Origin: Candidatus Tectimicrobiota bacterium
Lineage (GTDB): Bacteria > JACPUC01
Reading direction: 5' to 3'
Assembly: GCA_016192455.1 (NCBI GenBank)
Contig: JACPUC010000030.1
Location: 1 to 64,000, forward strand
DNA length: 64,000 nt
Each line of letters opens with the position of its first letter. Positions within the stretch are counted from its first letter, which is position 1. A program made the translations under genes and the position numbers. The notes under the pieces are model-generated. The model was not told the DNA's origin. It saw only the letters and a program-made list of their open reading frames with translations, and did not search any database. Below are positions 29,982 to 39,021 of the stretch, in pieces.

Positions 29982-30111
29982 AGGGCGCCGCGGCAGCGCG
30001 CCCGGCTTGCCGCCACGCCTGGACGACCCTGCGTCGCTGCATCGCCGATCCTCTTGCCAATTACTGGATGGGACGCCGGCGCGAGCATGAGCGAAGTCGT
30101 GGAGGGAGTCG

Positions 30112-31917
30112 ATGACACCGACAGAAATCCAGCACGCCTTGGGGGGATTCCCGATTCTTACGCTGGTGACCTTTATCCCCCTGGCGGGCGCCATCGTCCT
30201 GCTCTTCGTGAACAGTCGGAGCACGGGCCTGATCAAAGGCTTCGCGCTCGTGGTGACGCTCATCGACCTGGCGTTCTCCCTGCCGCTCTACACGCGCTTC
30301 GACCGCACCACCCACCTGATGCAGTTCGCCGAGCGCCACGAGTGGATCCCCTCCCTCGGCGCGCAGTACTACCTTGGCATTGATGGCATCAGCGTGCTTC
30401 TCATCCTGTTGACGACCCTGCTGGGCGCCGTCTCGGTCCTCTGCTCCTTCAAGGCCATCGAGGAGCGCCAGAAAGAGTACTACGTCAGCCTGCTGGTGCT
30501 GCAGACCGGCATGCTGGGCGTCTTCATCGCCCTCGACTTCTTCCTCTTCTACATCTTCTGGGAAGTGATGCTGGTGCCGATGTACTTCCTCATCGGCATC
30601 TGGGGCGGGCCGCGCAAGCTCTACGCCGCCATCAAGTTCTTCCTCTACACCCTGGCCGGCAGCGTCTTCCTGCTGCTGGGGATTCTGGCGCTCTACTTCA
30701 TCCATGGCGGCCAGACCGGCGACTACACCTTCGACATCGTGAAGCTCATCTACCAGGTGAAGCTCACGACCGGCCAGCAGTTCTGGATTTTCCTGGCCTT
30801 CTTCGTCGGCTTCGCCATCAAGGTGCCGATGTTCCCCTTCCACACCTGGCTGCCCGACGCGCATGTCGAGGCGCCCACCGCCGGCAGCGTCATCCTGGCG
30901 GGCGTTCTCCTGAAGATGGGCACCTACGGCTTCGTGCGCTTCAACCTGCCGCTCTTCCCGCAGGCCAGCCAAAGCTTCGTGCCGTTCATCGCCTTGCTGT
31001 CGATCATCGGCATCATTTACGGCGCCCTGGTCGCCATGGCGCAAGACGATATCAAGAAGCTGGTGGCCTACTCGAGCGTCAGCCACCTCGGCTTCGTGAT
31101 GCTGGGCGTCTTCGCGCTGAACGTGCAGGGCGTCTCCGGCGGCATGCTGCAGATGATCAACCACGGCCTCAGCACGGGGGCGCTGTTCTTGATCGTCGGC
31201 ATCATCTACGAGCGGCGGCACACGCGCATGATCGCCGACTTCGGCGGCCTGTCGAAGGTGATCCCGGTGTTCACGGTCATCTTCGCCATCACCATGCTCT
31301 CCTCCATCGGCCTGCCGGGACTGAATGGCTTCGTCGGCGAGTTCCTCATTCTCGTCGGCGTTTTTCAGCGCAGCATCATGTACGCCGCCTTTGCCGTCGT
31401 CGGCATCATCCTTGGCGCGGCGTACATGCTCTGGCTCTTCCAGCGCATGATGTTCGGCGCGGTGGAGAAGGCGGAGAACCAGAACCTACGCGACTGCACG
31501 GCGCGCGAAGTCATCTACATGCTGCCGCTGCTCCTCTTCATGTTCGTGATCGGCATCTACCCCAAGCCCTACCTGAGCATTCTTGAGCCGAGCGTGGCGA
31601 ACATTGTGCGCCAGGTGCAAGTGGACAGGACGCCGCAGGCTGCGGCCCAAAAGAGTGCCGAGCGCGACATGTTGCAGCGGGCGGTATCCCCGTCGGCGGC
31701 CCAGGAGCAGGCGCCGTCGCGGCTGGCTGGCGCGCGGCCGGCGGGGGTTGCCGGCGCCGGGGCTTCCAAGGCGGCCGTGCCGGTTGCGGGGGATGGCGCG
31801 ACGGGCGATGCGATCTCACCGTCGAGCGGCGCGCCGGCGGTCGCCGCGGCCGCGCCGTCGCTTCCTGCCGCGGCGGGCGTGCCCCAGCCCGCGCCGCATC
31901 GCCAGCCAGGTCGGTAG
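30112..31917 (+). CDS. nuoM: NADH-quinone oxidoreductase subunit M with Ala/Pro-rich C-terminal extension
   Basis: FWEVMLVPMY, KVPMFPFHTWLPDAHVEAPT, GLPGLNGFVGE. Confidence 0.96.
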   Translation: MTPTEIQHALGGFPILTLVTFIPLAGAIVLLFVNSRSTGLIKGFALVVTLIDLAFSLPLYTRFDRTTHLMQFAERHEWIPSLGAQYYLGIDGISVLLILLTTLLGAVSVLCSFKAIEERQKEYYVSLLVLQTGMLGVFIALDFFLFYIFWEVMLVPMYFLIGIWGGPRKLYAAIKFFLYTLAGSVFLLLGILALYFIHGGQTGDYTFDIVKLIYQVKLTTGQQFWIFLAFFVGFAIKVPMFPFHTWLPDAHVEAPTAGSVILAGVLLKMGTYGFVRFNLPLFPQASQSFVPFIALLSIIGIIYGALVAMAQDDIKKLVAYSSVSHLGFVMLGVFALNVQGVSGGMLQMINHGLSTGALFLIVGIIYERRHTRMIADFGGLSKVIPVFTVIFAITMLSSIGLPGLNGFVGEFLILVGVFQRSIMYAAFAVVGIILGAAYMLWLFQRMMFGAVEKAENQNLRDCTAREVIYMLPLLLFMFVIGIYPKPYLSILEPSVANIVRQVQVDRTPQAAAQKSAERDMLQRAVSPSAAQEQAPSRLAGARPAGVAGAGASKAAVPVAGDGATGDAISPSSGAPAVAAAAPSLPAAAGVPQPAPHRQPGR

Positions 31918-32017
31918 CCACGCAACCACGCGCCCTTCGTGAGGATTGGCGCGCAGCGCGGAGAGCCGCCGGAGGAACCATGACGCGAGAGGCGCCGGCA
32001 CGAAAGGAGTTGGCGGC

Positions 32018-33475
32018 ATGGAGCTGACGCTTCCGATCCCCAATCTGCGGGCGATCATGCCGGAGCTCGTGATGACCTTCTGGGCCTGCCTGGTCCTGGT
32101 GGTCGATGTCCTTATCTCCAAAGAACGCAAGACCTGGGTCGGCTACCTGGCGCTCGTGGGCACGCTGGTGACGATGGCGTTCACCCTGCCGCTGCTGGGG
32201 ACACGAACGAGCACCTTCAGCAACATGTTCCTCGTCGATGGGGTCGCCCTCTTCTTCAAGTTCATCTTCCTGCTCGCCACGGCCCTCGTCATTCTCGTAT
32301 CGCTGCGCTACCTGGATATCGAAGGCGTCAACCTGGGCGAGTACTACGCCATGATCCTCTTCGCCACCCTGGGGATGATGATCATGGCGGCCGGCAACGA
32401 GCTCATCACTATCTACCTCAGCCTCGAACTGATGGTGATCTCCACCTACGTGCTCTGCGGCTTCATCCGGCGCGACCGCCGCAGCACCGAGGCGGCCGTC
32501 AAGTACTTCCTCCTCGGCATCTTCACCTCCGCCATCCTGCTCTACGGCATGGCGCTGCTCTACGGCCTCACCGGCACGACGAACCTGACGGAGATCGGGC
32601 GCGCCCTGCAGGCAAAGAACCTGGGCGCCAACCCAGCGCTGCTCTTGGCGATGATCTTTCTGGCGGCGGGGCTGGGCTTCAAGGTGGCGGCGGTGCCGTT
32701 CCACATGTACGTGCCGGATGTCTACGAGGGCTCGCCGACGCCCATCGCCGCCTTCATCTCCGTGGGTCCGAAGGCGGCGGGCTTCGCCGTGCTGGCCCGC
32801 CTCTTCCTCGTCAGCCTGCCGGCCATCCGCCCCCAATGGGGCACGCTGCTCTGGGTGCTCTGCGTCATGACCATGACCCTGGGCAACCTGGTGGCCATGA
32901 AGCAGAGCAACATCAAGCGCATGCTCGCCTACTCGAGCATCGCCCACGCCGGCTACGTGCTCATCGGTCTGGTGGTGGCCAACGAGATCGGCCTGGCAAG
33001 CGTCGTCCTCTACATGTTCGTCTACGCCTTCATGAACATCGGCGCCTTCAGCATGGTCATCCTCATGTGCAAGCGCGGCGACCGCGGCGAGCGCATCGAA
33101 GACTTCCGCGGCCTGGCGCGCAGCCACCCCTGGGCGGCGATCGCCTTCCTCGTCTTCTTCCTCTCTCTCGCCGGCATTCCCCCCACCGGCGGGTTCATCG
33201 GCAAGTTCTACCTCTTCTCCGCCGCCATCCAGGCGAACTACGTCTGGCTCGCCGTCATCGGCGTGGCGAACAGCGCCCTGTCGGTGTACTACTACTTCCG
33301 CGTCACCATGCTCATGTACATGAGCGATCCGAGCGGGGAGATTCGCCTCACCCTGTCGCCCAGCCTCGTTTTCGCCCTCGCCGTCATGGTCATCGGCACG
33401 CTGGCGATCGGCCTCTATCCCAGCCCGCTCATCGCCGCCGCCCGCGCCTCCATGGCCCCCATCTTCGGACCCTGA
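32018..33475 (+). CDS. nuoN: NADH-quinone oxidoreductase subunit N
   Basis: EAAVKYFLLG, FKVAAVPFHMYVPDVYEGSP, SLAGIPPTGGFIGK; AAGGAG RBS. Confidence 0.96.
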   Translation: MELTLPIPNLRAIMPELVMTFWACLVLVVDVLISKERKTWVGYLALVGTLVTMAFTLPLLGTRTSTFSNMFLVDGVALFFKFIFLLATALVILVSLRYLDIEGVNLGEYYAMILFATLGMMIMAAGNELITIYLSLELMVISTYVLCGFIRRDRRSTEAAVKYFLLGIFTSAILLYGMALLYGLTGTTNLTEIGRALQAKNLGANPALLLAMIFLAAGLGFKVAAVPFHMYVPDVYEGSPTPIAAFISVGPKAAGFAVLARLFLVSLPAIRPQWGTLLWVLCVMTMTLGNLVAMKQSNIKRMLAYSSIAHAGYVLIGLVVANEIGLASVVLYMFVYAFMNIGAFSMVILMCKRGDRGERIEDFRGLARSHPWAAIAFLVFFLSLAGIPPTGGFIGKFYLFSAAIQANYVWLAVIGVANSALSVYYYFRVTMLMYMSDPSGEIRLTLSPSLVFALAVMVIGTLAIGLYPSPLIAAARASMAPIFGP

Positions 33476-33791
33476 CCCCTTCTGCGCAGGTGCGGCGGCG
33501 CGCAGCCGTCCTTTTTTGCCTCGAAGGCGATTGCTGCCGCGCGCCTTGCACCCGTTCCCCTGCCTGCATCGTCTCCGCGCCTCGGATGGGGGGGCGGAGT
33601 TCACCCCTGGCGTGGCGGGAATAGACTCCGCGCCCCTCCCGTTTCGGTAGCTGGGAGGCTCCCGCGCCGCCAGCACCGTGAGGCTCTCTGTCAACTCTTG
33701 TCGAGGATGAGGCGGAACACCATACTTTCCTGTGAAGGTCTACAACGGTCCCAACACGGAGGAGAAGAGGTCTCCGAGGAGGTCAGCAGCC

Positions 33792-34208
33792 ATGCGGGGT
33801 TCTACCCTTCGATCAATGGCGCTCGTGCTCGGTGTCAGTCTGCTCCTGCTCTTGAGCCCCGGCTTTAGCCAGATGGCCCCGGCCCAGATGCAGAGTCACT
33901 CGGGCGACAATCTCGGCAACATCTGGCAGGATATCCTGCACAACGGCCTGCGTGGGCAGTGGGCGGAGTATCTGAGGACGCAGTGGGAGCATAAGGACAA
34001 GGTCGTCGACGCGTACTTCTCGCACTTCGACACGCTGTACATCGTCTTGCGGAAGCAGGTGAAGAGCGAGGAAGCGGCGCTGCGGCAAGCCCTGGAGAAG
34101 AGCTACGAGGAGCGCGTCTGGAACGTTGATGAGGGAGGCGCCGCACTGAGCGAGCACCGCTTGGGGCTGCCGAACTACGTGCGCCTGATGGTCAGGTACA
34201 AGGGATAA
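33792..34208 (+). CDS. Hypothetical exported protein
   Basis: Signal-peptide-like N-terminus, GGAGG RBS, followed by hairpin. Confidence 0.6.
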   Translation: MRGSTLRSMALVLGVSLLLLLSPGFSQMAPAQMQSHSGDNLGNIWQDILHNGLRGQWAEYLRTQWEHKDKVVDAYFSHFDTLYIVLRKQVKSEEAALRQALEKSYEERVWNVDEGGAALSEHRLGLPNYVRLMVRYKG

Positions 34209-34228
34209 GGTTCACCAGTTTGTGCGCC

Positions 34229-34263
34229 ATGACGCCGCCGAAGCACTCGGCGGCGTTATTGTT
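34229..34263 (+). terminator. Putative intrinsic terminator
   Basis: GACGCCGCCGA-AGCAC-TCGGCGGCGTT followed by ATTGTT. Confidence 0.55.
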
Positions 34264-34442
34264 GGCGCGCCCGGCGTGAGGCCGCCCGCGCCTGTTCCTG
34301 GGGCGGCTTGACCGCGTTGCCGTGGGCTGTTAGGATTCAAGGGGTTAAGCGGCCGGAGAGGCTTCTCTCGCGGCTCCCCCGAGGCGCAGTCACACTGCTG
34401 CGATCACCAGCCTTCCCGTGTTCCTGGACATCAAAAGGGGCA

Positions 34443-36041
34443 ATGATGGCGAACCGCACGAAGTACGGGTATGGCTTTCCGGAAACGCTCAACATCAACG
34501 ACTACACGCTGGACCACGTTGTTCGCCAGGGCATGGGAAAGAACGTGGCGCTCTACTTCGGTGACGACCGCGTCACCTACCTGGAGCTGCAGGAGCGTAT
34601 CAATCGCTTCGGCAATGCCCTGCGGAAGCTCAACATCCAGCGTGGGACGCACCTCCTCTTCCGCTCCCATAACTGCCCCGAGTACTGGATTGGCGTCCTG
34701 GGGGCCATGAAGATCGGCGCCGTGCCGGTGATCTCCAACACCCTCTTTCGCAGCCGTGAGCTGGAAGCCATCATCAACAGCAACCAGTGCGTGGCCGTGG
34801 TGACCGAGCGCGACTACCTGGGGCCCCTCAACCAAGTCCAGCCGCGCTGCCCCTCCCTGAAGCATGTCATCCTGGTCGGCGACGACGCCGAGAAGGGGGA
34901 GCTGAATTTCACCGACCTCCTCAACAGCGGCGGCCCGGAGCTGGCGGCGGCGCGGCTCCACTGGCGCGAGCTGGGGTTCATCATCAACACCTCCGGCACC
35001 ACGGGCGAGCCGAAGGGCGTCATGCACGCGCATACCTGGTGCTGGTGCTGGGGCAAACCCTTCACCGAGCAGATGGTGCGGACAGGCCCGGAGAGCATCG
35101 TCTACCAGCCCCAGGAGATCAGCTTCTCGTATCCGTTCGGCACCCTCTTCTTCTACCCCCTCATGTATGGGGCCGCCTCGGTGCTCACCCCCGGCCGCCC
35201 GAGGAACGAAGAGGACAATTTCGCCATCATCCAAAAGTATCGCGTCACCCACTTCTACACCGTGCCGACGCACTACCGCATCCTCCTGGCCCTGGAGAAC
35301 GTCGAATCGAAGTTTGACCTGAGCTCCCTCACTTACTGCCTCAGTGCCGGCGAGCCGATCACGGTGGAGCACTTCAACGCCTGGCGCCGTCGGTTCGAGG
35401 TGGACATCTGCGATGTGATCGGCCAGACCGAGCTGCACGCCTTCGTCGGCAACCTGCGGGGCCTGCCGATTAAGCCCGGCTCGATGGGCAAGACGATCGA
35501 GCCGCACATCGTCACCATCCTCGACGACAACGGCAACGAGGCGCCGCCGAACAAGGCAGGACACCTCGTGGTGAAGGAGGACGATCCCGGCGTCTGCCTG
35601 GGCTACAAGAACATGGAGGAATCCTGGCGGAGCGTGCTGAAAAATGGCTACTACTACACGCGCGACTATGCCTCCCGCGATGAGGACGGCTACTACTGGT
35701 ATGTGTCGCGCTCCGACGACATCATCGTCAGCCGCGGCTACCTGGTGTCGCCGAAGGAGGTGGAGGACGCCCTCGCCGAGCATGAGGCGGTCTTCGAGCC
35801 CGCCGTCGTCGCCAGCCCGGACCCGACCATCGGCCAGAAGGTGAAAGCCTTCATTACCCTGAAGCCGGGGTACGAAGCGAGCGATCAACTGGCGCGGCAG
35901 ATCATCGACTACGTGAAGGGGCGCATCGCTCCCTACAAGGCGCCGCGCGAAATCTCCTTCCGCAGCGAGCTGCCGAAGACGCCCACCGGCAAGATTCAGC
36001 GCAAGGCCCTGCGCGATGAGGAGCTGGCGACCTCTCGATGA
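34443..36041 (+). CDS. AMP-dependent acyl-CoA synthetase (benzoate/medium-chain CoA-ligase-like)
   Basis: NTSGTTGEPKGVMH, SAGEP, GQTE, YYTRD, RSDDII, PKTPTGKIQR. Confidence 0.92.
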   Translation: MMANRTKYGYGFPETLNINDYTLDHVVRQGMGKNVALYFGDDRVTYLELQERINRFGNALRKLNIQRGTHLLFRSHNCPEYWIGVLGAMKIGAVPVISNTLFRSRELEAIINSNQCVAVVTERDYLGPLNQVQPRCPSLKHVILVGDDAEKGELNFTDLLNSGGPELAAARLHWRELGFIINTSGTTGEPKGVMHAHTWCWCWGKPFTEQMVRTGPESIVYQPQEISFSYPFGTLFFYPLMYGAASVLTPGRPRNEEDNFAIIQKYRVTHFYTVPTHYRILLALENVESKFDLSSLTYCLSAGEPITVEHFNAWRRRFEVDICDVIGQTELHAFVGNLRGLPIKPGSMGKTIEPHIVTILDDNGNEAPPNKAGHLVVKEDDPGVCLGYKNMEESWRSVLKNGYYYTRDYASRDEDGYYWYVSRSDDIIVSRGYLVSPKEVEDALAEHEAVFEPAVVASPDPTIGQKVKAFITLKPGYEASDQLARQIIDYVKGRIAPYKAPREISFRSELPKTPTGKIQRKALRDEELATSR

Positions 36042-36086
36042 GCGGCGCCGGCGCCTCGGGCCAGCACGGAGTTGAAAGAAAAGCAG

Positions 36087-36141
36087 CCGCAGATTGCGCA
36101 GATTCCACAGATTCAATCCGCGTCATCTGCGCAATCTGCGG
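36087..36141. repeat. Internally periodic inverted repeat (CAGAT every 9 bp)
   Basis: CCGCAGATTGCGCAGAT … ATCTGCGCAATCTGCGG; same design as the CACAGAT element in 2879-2982. Confidence 0.8.
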
Positions 36142-36231
36142 ATTCGCAAGGAAGAAGGAATTGAGGAGAGTGACGGGGGGATGACCACCTGCCGCGAAGA
36201 CCGCTGCCCAAGGCGGCCGAAGGATGAGGGA

Positions 36232-36450
36232 ATGATGGGCCTGTTCATTGACGTGGAGATCAAGCCGCAAAGCTGCGAGGCCGGCTGCCGGGCCTGCATC
36301 GAGGTCTGTCCCGTCGACATCTTCGCCATGAATGGCGATCAGGTGGTGTCGCTGGAAGAGAACGAGGACGAGTGCACCCTCTGCGACCTCTGCCTGGAGC
36401 GCTGCCCCGTCGATATCATCACCATCAACAAGCTCTACGCCACGGCGTAA
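36232..36450 (+). CDS. 4Fe-4S dicluster ferredoxin
   Basis: CEAGCRACIEVCP and CTLCDLCLERCP; acidic, ~72 aa. Confidence 0.9.
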   Translation: MMGLFIDVEIKPQSCEAGCRACIEVCPVDIFAMNGDQVVSLEENEDECTLCDLCLERCPVDIITINKLYATA

Positions 36451-36477
36451 GGCTGGGTCTGCGAAGGTTTCCAACGA

Positions 36478-36582
36478 GGTTTCTTGTGGGGGACCCTTGC
36501 TCCCCCACACCCCTATCCCGTAGGGGCGGTTCGCGAACCGCCCTTACAAGGCGGGGTGCGCGAGGGGGCATTGCTCCCTCGC
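36478..36582 (+). repeat. Dispersed repeat copy containing a GTAG-REP palindrome
   Basis: CTTGTGGGGGACCCTTGCTCCCCCACACCCC + GTAGGGGCGGTTCGCGAACCGCCCTTAC (36520) + GGGGTGCGCGAGGGGGCATTGCTCCCTCGC. Confidence 0.85.
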
Positions 36583-36610
36583 CTTTCCCTTTCTACAAGG
36601 TGAGACTTCC

Positions 36611-38305
36611 CTACCCTTTTCCCTTCCTCAGTTCCGCCGTGGCAGCCTCGTCAATGCCGCGGCCATCCTCGCTGATCACAACTTTGTAGAGCCTCCGCGC
36701 GTTTTCGCGCGACACGAAGCCGTTGCGCACGTCCTCCAGGACGAACTGCGGGTCGCGCTCCTCCGGCGGGTAGAAGCCGCCGCCGCCGGCAAACTCGATG
36801 GTCACCTCGTGGCCGGGCTTTAGCACGTGCTTCTTCTTGGCGTGCAGGTGCTCTTTGCCGTTGAGGATGACCGCGCCGACCGTTCCCTCCTTGCCCCCCT
36901 CGTATCCCAGCGCCGGGTGCTTCGTGCGCTCGTAGAGGCAGGAGAGCACCGCCGGCTTGTCGCTGCGGATGCTCAGGGTGAAGCGCTGCCCCAGGCCGCC
37001 GCGGTACTTGCCGGCGCCGCCCGAGTCGGGGATGAACTCCTTGCGCGAGATGAACAGCGGCGAAGTGTTTTCCGTCACCTCGACCGGAGAGTTCTGCACG
37101 TTCGTCGGGAAGCTCTTCGCCGACAGGCCGTCGGTGGTGGGACGCGCCCCCATGCCGCCGGTGGCGAAGTAGTTCTTGACGAAAATCTCGCCGTCGCTCG
37201 TGTAGCCGTTGAGCTGCGTGATGCCCAGGGAGCTGCTCTCGGCGTTGACGAGCTGCGGGGCGATCTTCGCCAGGGCGCCGTAGATGGCCGGCGCCGCCAT
37301 GTGGCCGATGAGGTGCCGCCCCGCCACCGGCGCCGGGAACTTGGCGTTCATTACGCACCCCTCCGGCGCCGTCACCTTGATGGGACGGAAGCTGCCGTCG
37401 TTGTTCGGCACCTCCGGGCAGAGAGCCGCTTTCAAGGGATAGGTGGTGTAGGCATGGGTGTAGTTCAGCACCACGTTGATGCCGCGATCCACCTGCGGGC
37501 TGCTGCCGGCGTAGTCGGCGAGAATCTCCCCCTCCTTCACGTGCAGGGTGACGGCGATCGTCAACGGGTCGTCGAAGCCGTCCACCACGATGCTGTGCGA
37601 GTAGGAGCCCTCCGGCAGCGTGCGGATGGCGTCGCGCATCGCCTGCTCGGATTTCTCCAGCAGCACGTTCGCCAGCGGCGTCAGGGAGTCGAGCTGGTTC
37701 TGCTCGAGGAACTCCGCCAGCTTCTGGATGCTCACCTCATTGGCGACGATCTGCGCGTTCAGGTCGCCCCACACCGGCTCCGGCATGCGCACGTTGGCGG
37801 TGATGATCTCGAAGAGGGTCTTATTTGGTTTGCCGGCCTCGTAGAGCTTCATGATCGGGATGGCCAGCCCTTCCTCGAAGACGTCCGAGGCTTCGGCGGA
37901 GAGGACGCGCCCGCCGATGTCCTCGACGTGGCAGGTGCTGGCGGCGAAGGCCTGCAGCACCCCCTTGATGAAGATGGGGGTGACGATGGTGATGTCGTGC
38001 TTGTGCCCCGACATCAGCCACGGGTCGTTCGTCAGCAGCACGTCGCCCGGTAGCAGCGTCTCCGGCGGGTAGCGCTTCAGGAAGTGCTTCACGCCGGTGG
38101 CCATGGAGTTGATGTGCCCCGGCGTGCCGGTCTCCGCCTGGGCGATCATCGTGCCCGCGCGGTCGAAGATGCCGCAGGAGAGGTCCTCCGTCTCCCGCAC
38201 GATGGTCGTGAACGAGGTGCGGATGAGCGCTGCCGCCTGCTCGTTGACGATCGAGATGAGACGGTTCCACAAGACTTCGAGGCGGATGGGGTCGAAGGTG
38301 GTCAT
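36611..38305 (-). CDS. Hydantoinase B / 5-oxoprolinase family subunit
   Basis: DPIRLEVLWNRL, RTSFTTIVRE, PGDVLLTNDPW…GH..D, DSGGAGKYRGG, GGGGF. Confidence 0.92.
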   Translation of the reverse strand: MTTFDPIRLEVLWNRLISIVNEQAAALIRTSFTTIVRETEDLSCGIFDRAGTMIAQAETGTPGHINSMATGVKHFLKRYPPETLLPGDVLLTNDPWLMSGHKHDITIVTPIFIKGVLQAFAASTCHVEDIGGRVLSAEASDVFEEGLAIPIMKLYEAGKPNKTLFEIITANVRMPEPVWGDLNAQIVANEVSIQKLAEFLEQNQLDSLTPLANVLLEKSEQAMRDAIRTLPEGSYSHSIVVDGFDDPLTIAVTLHVKEGEILADYAGSSPQVDRGINVVLNYTHAYTTYPLKAALCPEVPNNDGSFRPIKVTAPEGCVMNAKFPAPVAGRHLIGHMAAPAIYGALAKIAPQLVNAESSSLGITQLNGYTSDGEIFVKNYFATGGMGARPTTDGLSAKSFPTNVQNSPVEVTENTSPLFISRKEFIPDSGGAGKYRGGLGQRFTLSIRSDKPAVLSCLYERTKHPALGYEGGKEGTVGAVILNGKEHLHAKKKHVLKPGHEVTIEFAGGGGFYPPEERDPQFVLEDVRNGFVSRENARRLYKVVISEDGRGIDEAATAELRKGKG

Positions 38306-38374
38306 GACATGGCGTCCTTTCACGTCCTTTCCCGCTGCGTAACTTCGCGGCACGATCTCGAATGGGAGCTCACG

Positions 38375-38512
38375 TCAGTCAAGGGCAGCCAGAATTCTTT
38401 TCGCTTCGCCGACGAAGGCTTCCGACGCCGCGAGCGCCGAGTCTGCATCCTGTTCGGCAATCTCAGCATACACCCTGCACCTCGTTGTCCGGTTCCGCGT
38501 CGTTCCGGTCAT
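38375..38512 (-). pseudogene. Probable internally deleted HEPN-domain gene (only the C-terminal helix is recognisable)
   Basis: Start overlaps the MNT 3' end; …AEIAEQDADSALAASEAFVGEAKRIL resembles the HEPN terminal helix; only 45 aa. Confidence 0.45.
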
Positions 38513-38846
38513 ACAAGGTTCGGCCTTCCTCAATGACGAACCGCATGAACGACGTGGATCGGCGCACCTCAACGGCATACTGTTCGGGCGACATGAAGAC
38601 CAGGCTGACGATCACGTCTGTCTCGATAATGAGATCGGTACGCAGCGTGCGGACTGCCTCGCGAAGCGCCCCATCTCCTTCCAGGACGATGAGCAGATCG
38701 ACGTCGCTCTCATCGCTGGCATCGCCGCGGGCCCAGGAGCCGAAAAGGATGATCTCCTGCAACGCCCTCCCGGCCAGCTCGACCGTCTGCTGGACGAAAC
38801 TCTCGAGGGCCTTGTCCGTCACCTGGCGTGTTGCTTCACTCAACAT
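38463..38846 (-). CDS. Minimal nucleotidyltransferase (MNT/MntA-like antitoxin)
   Basis: IILFGSWARGDASDESDVDLLIV; EEGRTLY. Confidence 0.88.
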   Translation of the reverse strand: MLSEATRQVTDKALESFVQQTVELAGRALQEIILFGSWARGDASDESDVDLLIVLEGDGALREAVRTLRTDLIIETDVIVSLVFMSPEQYAVEVRRSTSFMRFVIEEGRTLYDRNDAEPDNEVQGVC

Positions 38847-38897
38847 GCGCTTGGGTCATCCCTTGTTGGAATCTTTATCATTATCATTCCGAGAGAG

Positions 38898-38992
38898 CCC
38901 TATCCCCTCGCGCGCCCTTCATCGTAGGGGCGGTTCGCGAACCGCCCCCTACAGCTCGCGGTGAAAATTCGGGGGAGCCATGATCCCCCGCG
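38898..38992 (-). repeat. Dispersed repeat copy with GTAG-REP palindrome
   Basis: GTAGGGGCGGTTCGCGAACCGCCCCCTAC at 38924-38952 flanked by CCCCTCGCGCGCCC and GGGGGAGCCATGATCCCCC. Confidence 0.75.
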
Positions 38993-39021
38993 AATCAGAC
39001 GGCTCCGCACGCCGGCGCTGG

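Noticed and set aside
24696-33694. Long alternative-frame or antisense ORFs over nuo genes (24696-26357, 27968-30115, 31538-33694)
   Set aside because: Shadow ORFs of well-supported nuo genes
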